Source: Clostridia bacterium (GTDB lineage: Bacteria; Bacillota; Clostridia; Oscillospirales; CAG-272). Taken from it: 64,000 nucleotides of DNA. Position numbers and translations under genes: made by a program. The stretch covers positions 170,830 to 234,829 of the forward strand of contig JAFSRI010000053.1 of the NCBI GenBank assembly GCA_017446155.1, given 5' to 3'. Each line of letters begins with the position of its first letter. Within the stretch, counting starts at the first letter, position 1. The notes beneath the pieces were generated by a model. That model was not told the DNA's origin. It saw only the letters and a program-made list of their open reading frames with translations, and ran no database searches. Positions 1 through 10,218 of the stretch are shown piece by piece.

Positions 1-25
1 GGGCACTTAAAAAATAATAAGCATA

Positions 26-65
26 AACTCTCTCTACACGGTAATGTGTCGAGAGAGTTTTTTTG
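26..65 (+). terminator. Rho-independent terminator of a gene lying upstream of the window
   Basis: aaactctctctacac (26-40) pairs with gtgtcgagagagttt (46-60) and is followed by a T-run to 65. Confidence 0.7.
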
Positions 66-363
66 TCCTACATCATTGACAAATGTACATACAGAATATT
101 CTTTTGTTGTGATTTCATGCGGACAATGTCGCTTGTTTTGCGGTATAATATTCATTGAGTGATTGAGTCATGTCTGATGTGTTTGGGTTAGGGGCAATTC
201 TATTCTACCGGTTCTCAATCACTTTTTCTATTCTTTTTTATTCTTCGGTTTCACATCTATTTGTAAACTAACAAATTTAAAAATATTATTTATAAAATAA
301 CACTTGATTTATAACTTAAAATGTAGTAATATTTATCGGAATAATTTATGAAAAGGCAAAAAA

Positions 364-1746
364 ATGGCAAAAAGAAGATATGAAATTGATATGACAAGCG
401 GACCGCTTGCGGGAAAGATACTTTCGTTTGCGATGCCGCTTATGCTGACGGGTATATTGCAGTTGCTGTATAACGCCGCTGACATGATAGTGGTGGGCAA
501 CTTTGGCAGCAAAACGTCGCTCGCTGCAGTGGGCTCGACAGGGGCGCTTATAAATTTGATCGTAAACGTGTTTATGGGGTTGTCTGTCGGTGCAAGTGTG
601 GTTGTTGCAAAGGCAATAGGCTCGGGCGACACCGAAAAGGCGTCGCGTGCGACTCACACGGCTGTGTTTATCAGCTTGATAAGCGGAGTGGGCGTTGGTG
701 TGTTCGGAGTTTTGATGGCGAGAACGCTGCTTACATGGATGGGTTCCCCTGACGACGTAATAGAACTGTCCACGCTGTACGTGAAAATCTATTTTGCCGG
801 TCTTCCGGCGACAATGCTTTATAACTTCGGCGCGGCGATACTCCGCGCTATGGGAGATACGAAACGGCCGCTTTATTTCCTGTCACTTTCAGGCATAATC
901 AACGTGGGGCTCAACCTACTGCTCGTTATCGTTTTCAAACTCGACGTTGCGGGCGTTGCGATAGCTACGGTGGCTTCTACGACTGTGTCTGCGGTGCTTG
1001 TTACGGTGTGTTTGGCAAAGACGGACGGCTGTTGTAAGTTGTATTTCAGAAAACTGAAAATCAGTAAGAACGAACTATGGGAAATCGCGAAAGTCGGACT
1101 CCCGGCGGGAATACAAGGCTCTATATTCTCTATATCAAACGTTCTTATACAGTCGTCGGTAAACTCGTTCGGTTCGATGACAATGTCCGGAAACGCCGCT
1201 GCCGCGAACCTTGAAGGGTTCGTATGGACGGCGATGAACTCGATCTATCAGGCGGCGCTGACGTTCACGGGGCAAAATATGGGCGCAGGCAAATATAAGC
1301 GTGTGCGCGCCGTTTGCGCATGGTGTCTTATAATCGTTTGCGCGATAGGAATTTTAAGCGGAATGTTTGTGTTCCTGTTCCGAAACACTTTGATCGGCAT
1401 CTATGACAGCGACCCCGATATAATTGCCGAAGGAGCCAAGCGCACAGCGGTGATAGCAGTGACGTATGCCATCTGCGGCGCGATGGACGTAATGGTTGGA
1501 ATGATGCGCGGAATGGGCAAGTCGATAGTTCCTATGATAGTTAGCATTTTCGGCGTGTGCGGAATAAGAATTATTTGGATATATACGGTTTTTGCACAGT
1601 TTCATTCACTTTTCTGGCTTTACTATTCATATCCTATTTCATGGGTGGTGACGTTGTTTGTGCACATCTTGTGCTTTGAAATAATGAAACGCAAACTTCC
1701 GAAAGAGGATATACCGACAAAAGAAAACGCCCGGAGCGCACAATAA
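364..1746 (+). CDS. MATE family efflux transporter
   Basis: 460 aa polytopic membrane protein. The N-terminus (GPLAGKILSFAMPLMLTGILQLLYNAADMIVVG) is typical of MATE/NorM-type proteins. A candidate promoter is TTGATT-17-TAATAT at 304-332. Confidence 0.85.
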   Translation: MAKRRYEIDMTSGPLAGKILSFAMPLMLTGILQLLYNAADMIVVGNFGSKTSLAAVGSTGALINLIVNVFMGLSVGASVVVAKAIGSGDTEKASRATHTAVFISLISGVGVGVFGVLMARTLLTWMGSPDDVIELSTLYVKIYFAGLPATMLYNFGAAILRAMGDTKRPLYFLSLSGIINVGLNLLLVIVFKLDVAGVAIATVASTTVSAVLVTVCLAKTDGCCKLYFRKLKISKNELWEIAKVGLPAGIQGSIFSISNVLIQSSVNSFGSMTMSGNAAAANLEGFVWTAMNSIYQAALTFTGQNMGAGKYKRVRAVCAWCLIIVCAIGILSGMFVFLFRNTLIGIYDSDPDIIAEGAKRTAVIAVTYAICGAMDVMVGMMRGMGKSIVPMIVSIFGVCGIRIIWIYTVFAQFHSLFWLYYSYPISWVVTLFVHILCFEIMKRKLPKEDIPTKENARSAQ

Positions 1747-1770
1747 AATAAAAAATACGGAGGAACAAAT

Positions 1771-2250
1771 ATGAAAGCGATAATCGAAATGGAAAACGGC
1801 AAAAAAATGACGGCGGACCTTTACCCCGATGTAGCGCCTATAACAGTTGAAAACTTTGTAAAACTCGCAAAACAGGGCTTTTACAACGGACTGATTTTTC
1901 ACAGAGTGATAAAAGGCTTTATGATTCAGGGCGGAGATCCGACCGGTACAGGTATGGGCGGCCCCGGCTGGAAGATTAAAGGCGAATTTTCAGCTAATGG
2001 CGTAAAGAACGACTTGCGCCATACGAGAGGAGTGCTTTCCATGGCGAGAAGCAGCATGCCCGACTCGGCAGGTTCTCAATTCTTTATAATGCACAAGGAT
2101 GCACCTCATCTCGACGGTCAGTATGCGGCGTTTGGCAAACTGACGGACGGATTTGAAACGCTTGACGAGATTGCGACGGTCAAAACCGATTATTACGACA
2201 GACCTTTGACCGAGCAGAAGATAAAGAGCGTCATAATAGCAGAAGAATAA
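1771..2250 (+). CDS. ppiB: Peptidyl-prolyl cis-trans isomerase, cyclophilin type
   Basis: 159 aa with cyclophilin hallmarks: FHRVIKGFMIQGGDP and SMARSSMPDSAGSQFFI. Confidence 0.9.
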   Translation: MKAIIEMENGKKMTADLYPDVAPITVENFVKLAKQGFYNGLIFHRVIKGFMIQGGDPTGTGMGGPGWKIKGEFSANGVKNDLRHTRGVLSMARSSMPDSAGSQFFIMHKDAPHLDGQYAAFGKLTDGFETLDEIATVKTDYYDRPLTEQKIKSVIIAEE

Positions 2251-2256
2251 AAAGCA

Positions 2257-2286
2257 GAAGATCCGCCGTCACAACGGCGGATCTTC
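2257..2286. terminator. Perfect 12-bp hairpin after ppiB
   Basis: gaagatccgccg / cggcggatcttc with a 6-nt loop. The A/T runs are weak, so it may act as a bidirectional terminator. Confidence 0.55.
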
Positions 2287-2508
2287 ATCATGATACGGCA
2301 AAAATGACAGCGTCTGATTTTCAAGCACGACGGCGACGCTCTCCCAAAAAATCTTAGGCTTTGAGATTTTAATTTTATCACCTTAAAATAATGAATCGGC
2401 GGATCATCTCGGGCAAAAATTCCGGCATATTTTATAAAAAAATATGGTATTTTCTTTTGATATATGATATAATAAAATGTAATATTATTTCCGTTCGCGG
2501 AGGGAAAA

Positions 2509-4038
2509 ATGAATAATCAAACAGTTGTGATACTTGACTTCGGCGGTCAATATAAGGAGCTCATCGCAAGGCGGGTAAGAGAATGCGGCGTCTATTCGGT
2601 GATCGTTCCGTTTGACACGCCGACAGAAAAAATAAATGAGATGAACCCGTGCGGCATAATCTTTACGGGCGGTCCGAACAGCGCGTATGACGCTGAGTCG
2701 CCGAAATGTGACGAAAGATTGTTTAACCTCGGCGTGCCAATACTCGGCATATGCTACGGCGCGCAACTTATCGCATTTATGCTTGGGGGCAAGGTCATTC
2801 CGTGCAAAAAAAGCGAATATGGCATAACCGATTGCACGGTTGATACAAACAGCGTCCTCTTCCGCGGACTTGAAAGCAAGCAGCGGGTACTTATGAGCCA
2901 CACGGACATGATCTCCGTATTGCCGCAAGGATTTGACAACATTGCCGCAACCGCAATCTGTCCATGTGCCGCGTTTGAAAACGGCAAAAGAAAAATTTAC
3001 GGTGTGCAGTTTCATCCGGAAGTCGAACATTCGGAAAACGGCACGGAAATGATAAGAAAATTCCTGTTTGACGTTTGCGGCGCCGTTGGCGATTATTCCA
3101 TGGAAAACTACCTTGAAGAGCAAATTGACGCCGTGAGAAAACAGGTTGGCAAAAAGAGAATACTGCTCGGTCTTTCGGGCGGGGCGGATTCATCCGTTTG
3201 CGCGGCTCTGCTTTCTCGCGCGGTGCCCGGGCAGGTCGTATGCGTTTATATCGACCACGGCTTTATGCGCAAAGGGGAGAGCGAGGCGATAAAAACGATT
3301 TTCGGCGCGCGTGATCTCGACCTTGTTTTAGTTGACGCAAGTGAAATTTTCCTTTCAAAACTAAGCGGTGTTACAGATCCTGAAAAAAAGAGAAAAATAA
3401 TCGGCACGGAATTTGCAAGGGCTTTCGAGCGCGAATCGAGCAAGCTCGGAAAGCCGGAATTTCTGGCACAGGGAACGATCTATCCCGACGTCGTAGAGTC
3501 GGGCAAGAATAAGTCGGCTGTGATAAAGAGCCATCACAACGTCGGCGGACTGCCGGAGGATCTCGGATTTGAAGGAGTTGTCGAGCCGCTGAGGTACTTG
3601 TTCAAAGACGAGGTGAGGAAAATAGGGAAACTGCTCGGATTGCCGGATGAGCTTATTTATCGTCAGCCGTTTCCGGGGCCGGGGCTTGCGATACGCGTTA
3701 TCGGCGAAATAACGCGCGAAAAACTCGATATTCTGCGCGAGGCGGACGCTATCGTGCGTGAGGAGATAGGCAAGAGCAAACGGACGAAAGCAGATCAATA
3801 TTTCTGTGTTTTGACCGATACAAGAAGCGTAGGCGTCGTGGGAGATTTCAGAACATATGAATATACTCTGGCGGTGAGGGCGGTAACCACAAGCGATTTT
3901 ATGACTTGCCAATTCGCGCGGATACCTTACGGATTGCTTGCAAAGCTCTCTTCAAGAATAACGAACGAGGTAAAAGGCGTCGGACGAGTGGTGTATGACA
4001 TAACGGGAAAGCCGCCCGCTACGATAGAGTGGGAATGA
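2509..4038 (+). CDS. guaA: GMP synthase (glutamine-hydrolysing)
   Basis: 509 aa. It has an N-terminal class I amidotransferase domain (GICYGAQL, FHPEV), an ATP-PPase P-loop (SGGADSSV) and the canonical C-terminal PPATIEWE. Confidence 0.95.
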   Translation: MNNQTVVILDFGGQYKELIARRVRECGVYSVIVPFDTPTEKINEMNPCGIIFTGGPNSAYDAESPKCDERLFNLGVPILGICYGAQLIAFMLGGKVIPCKKSEYGITDCTVDTNSVLFRGLESKQRVLMSHTDMISVLPQGFDNIAATAICPCAAFENGKRKIYGVQFHPEVEHSENGTEMIRKFLFDVCGAVGDYSMENYLEEQIDAVRKQVGKKRILLGLSGGADSSVCAALLSRAVPGQVVCVYIDHGFMRKGESEAIKTIFGARDLDLVLVDASEIFLSKLSGVTDPEKKRKIIGTEFARAFERESSKLGKPEFLAQGTIYPDVVESGKNKSAVIKSHHNVGGLPEDLGFEGVVEPLRYLFKDEVRKIGKLLGLPDELIYRQPFPGPGLAIRVIGEITREKLDILREADAIVREEIGKSKRTKADQYFCVLTDTRSVGVVGDFRTYEYTLAVRAVTTSDFMTCQFARIPYGLLAKLSSRITNEVKGVGRVVYDITGKPPATIEWE

Positions 4039-4147
4039 TACGGCTGCAAAAGCGAGTGCGGTTTACGGCAATTTAAAATTTTGATAAATAATAAAAACGG
4101 TAATAGAGAATTTTTTGCCGACACGGGCGGCGAAAGCGGAGGAAAAA

Positions 4148-5374
4148 ATGAGAGCATACGAAAGATTTATGAAATATGCGGCGTTCCCGACAATGTCAGA
4201 CGGCGACTCAAACACTATTCCGAGCACGGCAAAGCAGTTGAAACTGGCGGAGGTGCTTTGCGATGAACTGAAAGAAATGGGGCTTGACGACGCGAGAGTT
4301 GACGAGTTCGGATACGTTTACGCAACGCTTGAAGCGAACACGGACAAAGACGTGAACACAATAGGACTTATCGCTCACATGGATACGTCCTCCGAGGCGT
4401 CGGATACCGATATAAAGATGAGTATCGTCGATTACAACGGCGGAGATATTACCCTCAACGCCGAGAAAAATATCGTGACGAAAGTAAGCGACTATCCGTA
4501 TCTTGAAAACTACGTCGGGCAGCATCTTATCGTTTCCGACGGAACGACTCTTATCGGCGCCGACGATAAAGCCGGGGTAGCCGAGATAATGACGGCGGTG
4601 AGCAAACTAATCGGATCGAATATTCCGCACGGAACGGTGAAAATAGGCTTTACACCTGACGAGGAGATCGGGCGGGGCGCGGACAAATTCGATGTTGAAG
4701 GTTTCGGCGCCGATTACGCATATACGGTAGACGGCGGCGCTTTGGGCGAGTTTGAATATGAAAACTTTAACGCCGCAAGCGCCCATATAACGATACATGG
4801 CGTGTCAATACATCCCGGTTCCGCCAAGGACAGAATGAAAAACGCCTCGCTTATAGCAATAGAGTTCGACAATTTGCTGCCGAAGAATGAGATACCGTCG
4901 ATGACGGAGGGCTATGAGGGGTTCCACCATCTTTCGTCCATTGAGGGAAGTATTGAGGAAGCAAAGCTGTATTATATCATCCGCGACCATGACAGGGGAA
5001 AATTTGAAAAGAAAAAACGTGATTTTATTGAAATAACACAAAAACTCAACGAAAAATACGGCGAGGGAACGGTTGAAACAGTTGTCGGAGATTCATATTA
5101 CAACATGAAAGAAATGCTTACACCGCATATGTATGTAATTGACCGCGCGCTCAAAGCCATGAAAGACTCCGGAATCGAACCGAAGGTCGTGCCGATTCGC
5201 GGCGGAACAGACGGAGCAAGGCTTTCGTATATGGGTTTGCCTTGTCCGAATTTCTGCACAGGCGGAGAAAACTTCCATTCGAGGTTTGAATTTGTATCTA
5301 TTGAGGCGATGGATAAAATTTCGGATATGCTTGTAAAACTCATTTCAAACGCCGTGGACGAAGGCAAGAGATAG
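4148..5374 (+). CDS. pepT: Peptidase T (tripeptide aminopeptidase, M20B)
   Basis: MRAYERFMKYAAFPT..., IAHMDT and GADDKAGVAEIM motifs. I moved the start to the ATG at 4148, which lies 5 nt after GGAGG (4138-4142). The track ORF start at 4115 has no RBS. Confidence 0.9.
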   Translation: MRAYERFMKYAAFPTMSDGDSNTIPSTAKQLKLAEVLCDELKEMGLDDARVDEFGYVYATLEANTDKDVNTIGLIAHMDTSSEASDTDIKMSIVDYNGGDITLNAEKNIVTKVSDYPYLENYVGQHLIVSDGTTLIGADDKAGVAEIMTAVSKLIGSNIPHGTVKIGFTPDEEIGRGADKFDVEGFGADYAYTVDGGALGEFEYENFNAASAHITIHGVSIHPGSAKDRMKNASLIAIEFDNLLPKNEIPSMTEGYEGFHHLSSIEGSIEEAKLYYIIRDHDRGKFEKKKRDFIEITQKLNEKYGEGTVETVVGDSYYNMKEMLTPHMYVIDRALKAMKDSGIEPKVVPIRGGTDGARLSYMGLPCPNFCTGGENFHSRFEFVSIEAMDKISDMLVKLISNAVDEGKR

Positions 5375-5659
5375 GCACGCTTGATTTGCCGAGTGAAGTT
5401 ATAATAAAACGCGATAATAAAACCGCGTTGACTTAAAGGTGAAATATCAGAAAGTTTTACAGAACAATTTGACATGCGAAAAAGTTATATTTACGCAAGT
5501 TTGCGGCTGTAAGGTAAAACAGTAAAATATGTCATGTGTTGGCTTTGACCTGACGCAAATGCAAAAGCGACAACAAATGCTATTTTGTAAAAATCAGGCA
5601 AAAACATATAAAACGTAAAAAAACGGAAGCGAAATGCTTTTGAAAAATCGGGAGAACAA

Positions 5660-6343
5660 ATGATAAAAACAATTTTTATTGACGTTGATCAAACAATTCT
5701 TGATTTTCTCAGATGTGAAAAAGAAGCTGTTAAGGACACGATGGCTGAGTTCGGTGTGGAGCCGAGCGACAAAAAAGCGCGCAGATACAGCGAAATAAAT
5801 ATCGGTCAATGGAAGCTGCTTGAAGGAAAGAAAATATCGCGCGCAGAGGTGAAATGGACGCGGTTTAAGCTGTTCTTTGACGAAATGGGAAAAGACGTTG
5901 ACGCAAAAAAAGCGGCTGATTTTTATGAGGATGCGTTGCTTTATAAATATTATTATCTTCCGGGTGCGGAAGAGGCGATAAAAGCGCTCTCTGAAAAATA
6001 TGATATTTATCTTGCCACAAACGGTTTTGCCCGCACGCAGCATATGCGAATAAGCGGCGCGGGGCTTGACAAATATGTAAAAGGACTGTTCATATCTCAG
6101 GAAATAGGTCACGATAAGCCGTCGGCGGAGTATTTTGAGAAATGCTTTGCTCAAATTCCATCCTTCAAACGCGAGGAGTGTGTGATGGTGGGCGACAGTT
6201 TGACATCGGACATTCTCGGCGGGAAAAACGCGGGACTGATTACCGTTTGGGTGAACGCCGACGGAAAAGAGTGCGGTGAAATAAAACCCGATTACATAAT
6301 AAAACATATATCTGAACTTGACAGAATACTTGAAAAACTTTGA
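5660..6343 (+). CDS. HAD-superfamily hydrolase (YjjG/YfnB-like nucleotidase type)
   Basis: DxDxT motif (IFIDVDQTILDF) and a C-terminal VGDSLTSDILGG motif. Confidence 0.75.
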   Translation: MIKTIFIDVDQTILDFLRCEKEAVKDTMAEFGVEPSDKKARRYSEINIGQWKLLEGKKISRAEVKWTRFKLFFDEMGKDVDAKKAADFYEDALLYKYYYLPGAEEAIKALSEKYDIYLATNGFARTQHMRISGAGLDKYVKGLFISQEIGHDKPSAEYFEKCFAQIPSFKREECVMVGDSLTSDILGGKNAGLITVWVNADGKECGEIKPDYIIKHISELDRILEKL

Positions 6344-6384
6344 TCGGCTTAGCGCTGACAGAAAAATACAATTCGGAGGATAAC

Positions 6385-7203
6385 ATGAAAAGGATAATTA
6401 CGGCCTGTTTAATACTTGCGTTTGCGATATTGGCGCTCAGTTCTTGCGAAATAGGCGCTTGGTATAAGTATGACAACGCGTCAAAATATACGGCGGGGGA
6501 CGTTAAACTTGACGAATCGCCGAAAAATCTCGATATTGACTGGATAGCGGGCAGAATAAGAATCGAATATTCCGACGACGGAAAGTTTAAAGCCGAGGAA
6601 AAGGCGAGCTCCGATAACACGTCGTCAAACGCGCCGATGTACACGTGGCTCGACGGTGACACGCTCAGGATAAAATTCCTCAATTCCGGCAGGCGCTACC
6701 TTGAAAGTTTCAGCAAGGTGCTTTTTATATACGTTCCGAGAGGCACCGTGTTTGATAACGTAAATATAAATTCCATATCGTCCGACTTAGTATTGTTGAA
6801 CATCAACGCCGAAAGCATCGACACAAATACAGTTTCCGGCGCGGTTACAATAAGCGATTGTAGGTCGGATGCGCTTATGGCAGAGTCGGTTTCCGGAAGT
6901 TTGCACATAAGCGGCTCGGATATAAATAACGTAGATTTTTCTTCTGTCAGCGGGTCGCTTACTTGCGGTAACAGTAAGCTGGCTGATTCTGTTGAATTTA
7001 CCACTATAAGCGGCAGCACAATGCTTGAATTGACCGAGGACAGCGGCTTTACGGTCGAATTTAACACGGTTTCGGGCTCTACCACGATTGAACTCCCCGT
7101 GACTGAAACGGACGGGAAGAAAGTTTATGGCGACGGTAGCTCGAAAATCAAAATATCATCCGTTTCCGGCAGTCTTATAATTGTAAAGAGTACCGGAAAT
7201 TAA
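6385..7203 (+). CDS. Putative lipoprotein with DUF4097-like repetitive beta-helix domain
   Basis: Lipobox signal (MKRIITACLILAFAILALSSC) and repeated VSG(S/A)(L/T/V) units. The start at 6385 follows GGAGGA. Confidence 0.65.
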   Translation: MKRIITACLILAFAILALSSCEIGAWYKYDNASKYTAGDVKLDESPKNLDIDWIAGRIRIEYSDDGKFKAEEKASSDNTSSNAPMYTWLDGDTLRIKFLNSGRRYLESFSKVLFIYVPRGTVFDNVNINSISSDLVLLNINAESIDTNTVSGAVTISDCRSDALMAESVSGSLHISGSDINNVDFSSVSGSLTCGNSKLADSVEFTTISGSTMLELTEDSGFTVEFNTVSGSTTIELPVTETDGKKVYGDGSSKIKISSVSGSLIIVKSTGN

Positions 7204-7423
7204 ATAAAAGAATAACCGACGGTTTCTTACGAATGCACCGCAAAAGTCAGGCAGAATGATATTGTGGCTGACAGATTTGTGCATTTAATTTTTGATGCTG
7301 TCGGTTTTTGCTTTATTAAAAAATTAATTGTCGGAAAACGTTTTATAAAACTATTTTATAAATTGTAAATGAATTTATCATAACGGCACGGCTTTGAATG
7401 TTGTTAGAAAAAGCGGCGACATG

Positions 7424-7458
7424 CAAAAAAAGTATCCCCATTGCGGGATACTTTTTTG
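7424..7458. terminator. Bidirectional terminator between convergent genes
   Basis: agtatccc / gggatact hairpin flanked by an A-run (7424-7430) and a T-run (7453-7457). Confidence 0.8.
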
Positions 7459-7465
7459 AATACTT

Positions 7466-8092
7466 TTATTTTTGTTCATCGCCGATTATAAGTTCGCTTG
7501 CATAAGGGAGAGAACGCACCCAATCGCAAAGGATGTGCCACTCGTCGAGCTTATGAAACTGACGCGCATGAAACATATTCCTGAGTACTTCATAATTGAG
7601 CGTCACCGTTCTCATCTGTTCATAACTTTCGGGCAAGAGCTGAATAAGACTGTACCAATATGTTTTATCTTTTGTTTCAACAAACTTACTCCTCAGCTCT
7701 TCAAGCACGACTATAAGCGCTTTAAGGGATTTAAGCGACGTTTCGTTCATATGATCATATGAAAAGTCGGAAAGCTCTATCGGCTTTGAGTGAATTTTGT
7801 GCATTGTGCTTGTTGAGTTAGCCACCGTTCCGACTTTGTATGTGTCAAACTCTTTCCACCAATAAAGAGGCCCCGTGATGTCGACGGAAACAAATATTTG
7901 GCGGATGAATTTTCTGTCGTCGCTGCCGCCGGCGCAAAGACGTTTGGCAAGGCCGAGGTCGTTTTCGCCGAGAATATAGTTTCCGTCCTCGTCATAGGCG
8001 CTGTCGGAACGCGCCCAACTGTTCATCGGGTTGCGTGCTCCGCGCATTGCGTTTTCAAGGTTCATAACAGCTGTTCTTTCAAGTTTAAGCAT
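7466..8092 (-). CDS. ThyX-fold (Thy1-like) protein lacking the canonical ThyX motif
   Basis: 208 aa that I aligned from memory to T. maritima ThyX. [10 protein letters not shown] matches [35 protein letters not shown] matches [39 protein letters not shown] matches TVNARSLMNFLNLR. In this alignment RHR becomes TYK and SGR becomes TST. The start is 4 nt after the permease stop, with GGAGAG upstream. Confidence 0.6.
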   Translation of the reverse strand: [208 protein letters not shown]

Positions 8093-8096
8093 AGGG

Positions 8097-9071
8097 TTAT
8101 CTCTCCTCTCGGTAGTAGTTTACGCCGAGCGATGCCGGCGGCTGAGTTTCTTTTTTGCCGAAGATGCTTGTTATTATAAGAACGATGACAGTGATTATAT
8201 ATGGGAACATATCAAAGATTTTAAGCTGGAAAAACGAAAGAGATTTTATATCCATAGCGAGAATTGACAGTCCGCCGAAAACTATCGAGCCGAATATTGC
8301 GACGACGGGTTTCCACATGGTAGCGATTACAAGCGCAACCGCAAGCCAACCGAACGAGTCTATGGCGGCTTCGGCAAGCGTCGTGCCGTTTGTCTTGTCC
8401 ATTACGTAATAAAGTCCGCCGAGACCCGCTATGGCACTGCCGAGAATAATGAACGCATATTTGTATTTTGCAACGTCAATGCCGACGGCGTCCGCCGTTG
8501 CGGGGTTCTCGCCTACCGCGCGGAGATGAAGCCCTGTTCGGGTTTTGTTGAGAAGAATGGAAGCGAGAATCGCCACTATAACCGCAAGATAAACGAGAAT
8601 ACCGTGCGAGAGAAATACTTTTCCGAACCAGCCCATGTCAGATGAGAACGGGAAAAGATTTTTAAAATATTTGCTTGCCATGACGAAATTTGTCATATCG
8701 ATGCGCTTTGCAAAGAATTTCATAAATCCGACTCCGAACGTTGTCATTGCAAGACCTGTTACGTTTTGGTTGGCTTTCAGGGAAACGGTGAGGAACGCGT
8801 AGACGAGTCCCGCCACTCCCGCGAAAAGCATAGAGAAGATTATCGATATGAGAACAAGCCAAAAACCGCTCATGTTTGCGGGATCCGCAACGCCGCCGGA
8901 GTAGAGCATAACGCCATAGCTTCCGCCGAGCGCGCCTATACACATGATGCCGGGTATGCCGAGGTTAAGGTTGCCCGCCTTTTCGGTGAGAGTTTCGCCG
9001 ATACAGCCGAAGAGGAAGATTGTTCCCATGCTGATGGCGTCAACAAGGATGGTTGAGATCGTATCAAACAT
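8097..9071 (-). CDS. ABC transporter permease (nucleoside/BMP-type, NupQ/YufQ-like)
   Basis: 324 aa polytopic protein sitting next to a paralogous permease, a duplicated ATPase and a BMP-family binding protein. Confidence 0.8.
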   Translation of the reverse strand: MFDTISTILVDAISMGTIFLFGCIGETLTEKAGNLNLGIPGIMCIGALGGSYGVMLYSGGVADPANMSGFWLVLISIIFSMLFAGVAGLVYAFLTVSLKANQNVTGLAMTTFGVGFMKFFAKRIDMTNFVMASKYFKNLFPFSSDMGWFGKVFLSHGILVYLAVIVAILASILLNKTRTGLHLRAVGENPATADAVGIDVAKYKYAFIILGSAIAGLGGLYYVMDKTNGTTLAEAAIDSFGWLAVALVIATMWKPVVAIFGSIVFGGLSILAMDIKSLSFFQLKIFDMFPYIITVIVLIITSIFGKKETQPPASLGVNYYREER

Positions 9072-9072
9072 T

Positions 9073-10218
9073 TTATTTGCCCTCCTTGCCTTTGTGAGAT
9101 TTTTTCTTTATCCCCGCCAATATGTCGTGCATCCTTTGACTGGGCTTTATCTTGTATCTTATAAAGAATTCACATCCGATGATGCAGAAGAATATTATGC
9201 CGATTACGATGTTTGCATAGTCGGTGCTTTTAAGCTGGAATACGGTGCTGACGTTTATTGCGCCCGTGTTTAAGAACACAACAAAGAACGATGTGAACAC
9301 CATAACGAGCGGATCGAAATTCGCAAGCCACGCAACGAGAATTGCCGTAAAGCCCTTGCTTCCGCAAATTGAGGTGTTGACTGTATGTTCAAGGGAACCG
9401 GCGAAGATCGCGCCCATGATTCCGCATATCGCGCCGGAAAGAATAAGCGTTCTTATAATTACCTTTTTAACGTTTATTCCGACGTATTTTGCGGTGTTCA
9501 CGCTTTCACCAACGAGAGAAACCTCAAAGCCGTGCTTTGTGTATTTCATATATACGAACATGAAAATGTCGATTATCACAGCTACTATTATCACCAGAAC
9601 GTATTTGTTGCCGATGTTCGGAAACCACCCGTGGTGAGTCATAAGGTTTACGATGCCGAGGTTGCCCGAACCGCGCGGATCCCACGCGAACGAAAAGTAA
9701 GCGACAAGACCGAGCGCTATATAGTTCATCATAAGGGTGAAAAGCGTTTCGTTTGTTCCGAAGAATGCCTTGAATATAGCAGGGATGACCGCCCATATAA
9801 TGCCCGCCAGAATGCTGGTGATTATCATAAGCACGATTATAAGCCAATCGGGGAGTTTGTCGGTCAAAAATTTCATACACGCAATAGCGACCAGACACCC
9901 TATAAGCACCTGACCGTTTGCGCCCATGTTCCAGAATTTCATCTTGAAAGCCGGAATAACGGCAAGCCCGAAAATAAGCAACACCGCCGTGTCTTTAAGC
10001 AACGTCCAAACGTCTATAAACGCGCCTGTAACGAGCGTTGCGTATATTTTAAACGGATTTTGTTTTATCAAAATCACGCTCATGACGCCTATTATCACGA
10101 GAGCCGCGAACACACCGCCCACTCTTACGAGCAGCGCCTTCCACCGCGTCATATTTTCATTTTTTGAAATGTGGAACAGAGGTTCGTTTTTAGTTCTTTC
10201 GATTTTCATCGTCGTCAT
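9073..10218 (-). CDS. ABC transporter permease (nucleoside/BMP-type, NupP/YufP-like)
   Basis: 381 aa polytopic protein. There is a 1-nt gap to the next permease, and it overlaps the end of the ATPase gene. Confidence 0.8.
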   Translation of the reverse strand: MTTMKIERTKNEPLFHISKNENMTRWKALLVRVGGVFAALVIIGVMSVILIKQNPFKIYATLVTGAFIDVWTLLKDTAVLLIFGLAVIPAFKMKFWNMGANGQVLIGCLVAIACMKFLTDKLPDWLIIVLMIITSILAGIIWAVIPAIFKAFFGTNETLFTLMMNYIALGLVAYFSFAWDPRGSGNLGIVNLMTHHGWFPNIGNKYVLVIIVAVIIDIFMFVYMKYTKHGFEVSLVGESVNTAKYVGINVKKVIIRTLILSGAICGIMGAIFAGSLEHTVNTSICGSKGFTAILVAWLANFDPLVMVFTSFFVVFLNTGAINVSTVFQLKSTDYANIVIGIIFFCIIGCEFFIRYKIKPSQRMHDILAGIKKKSHKGKEGK

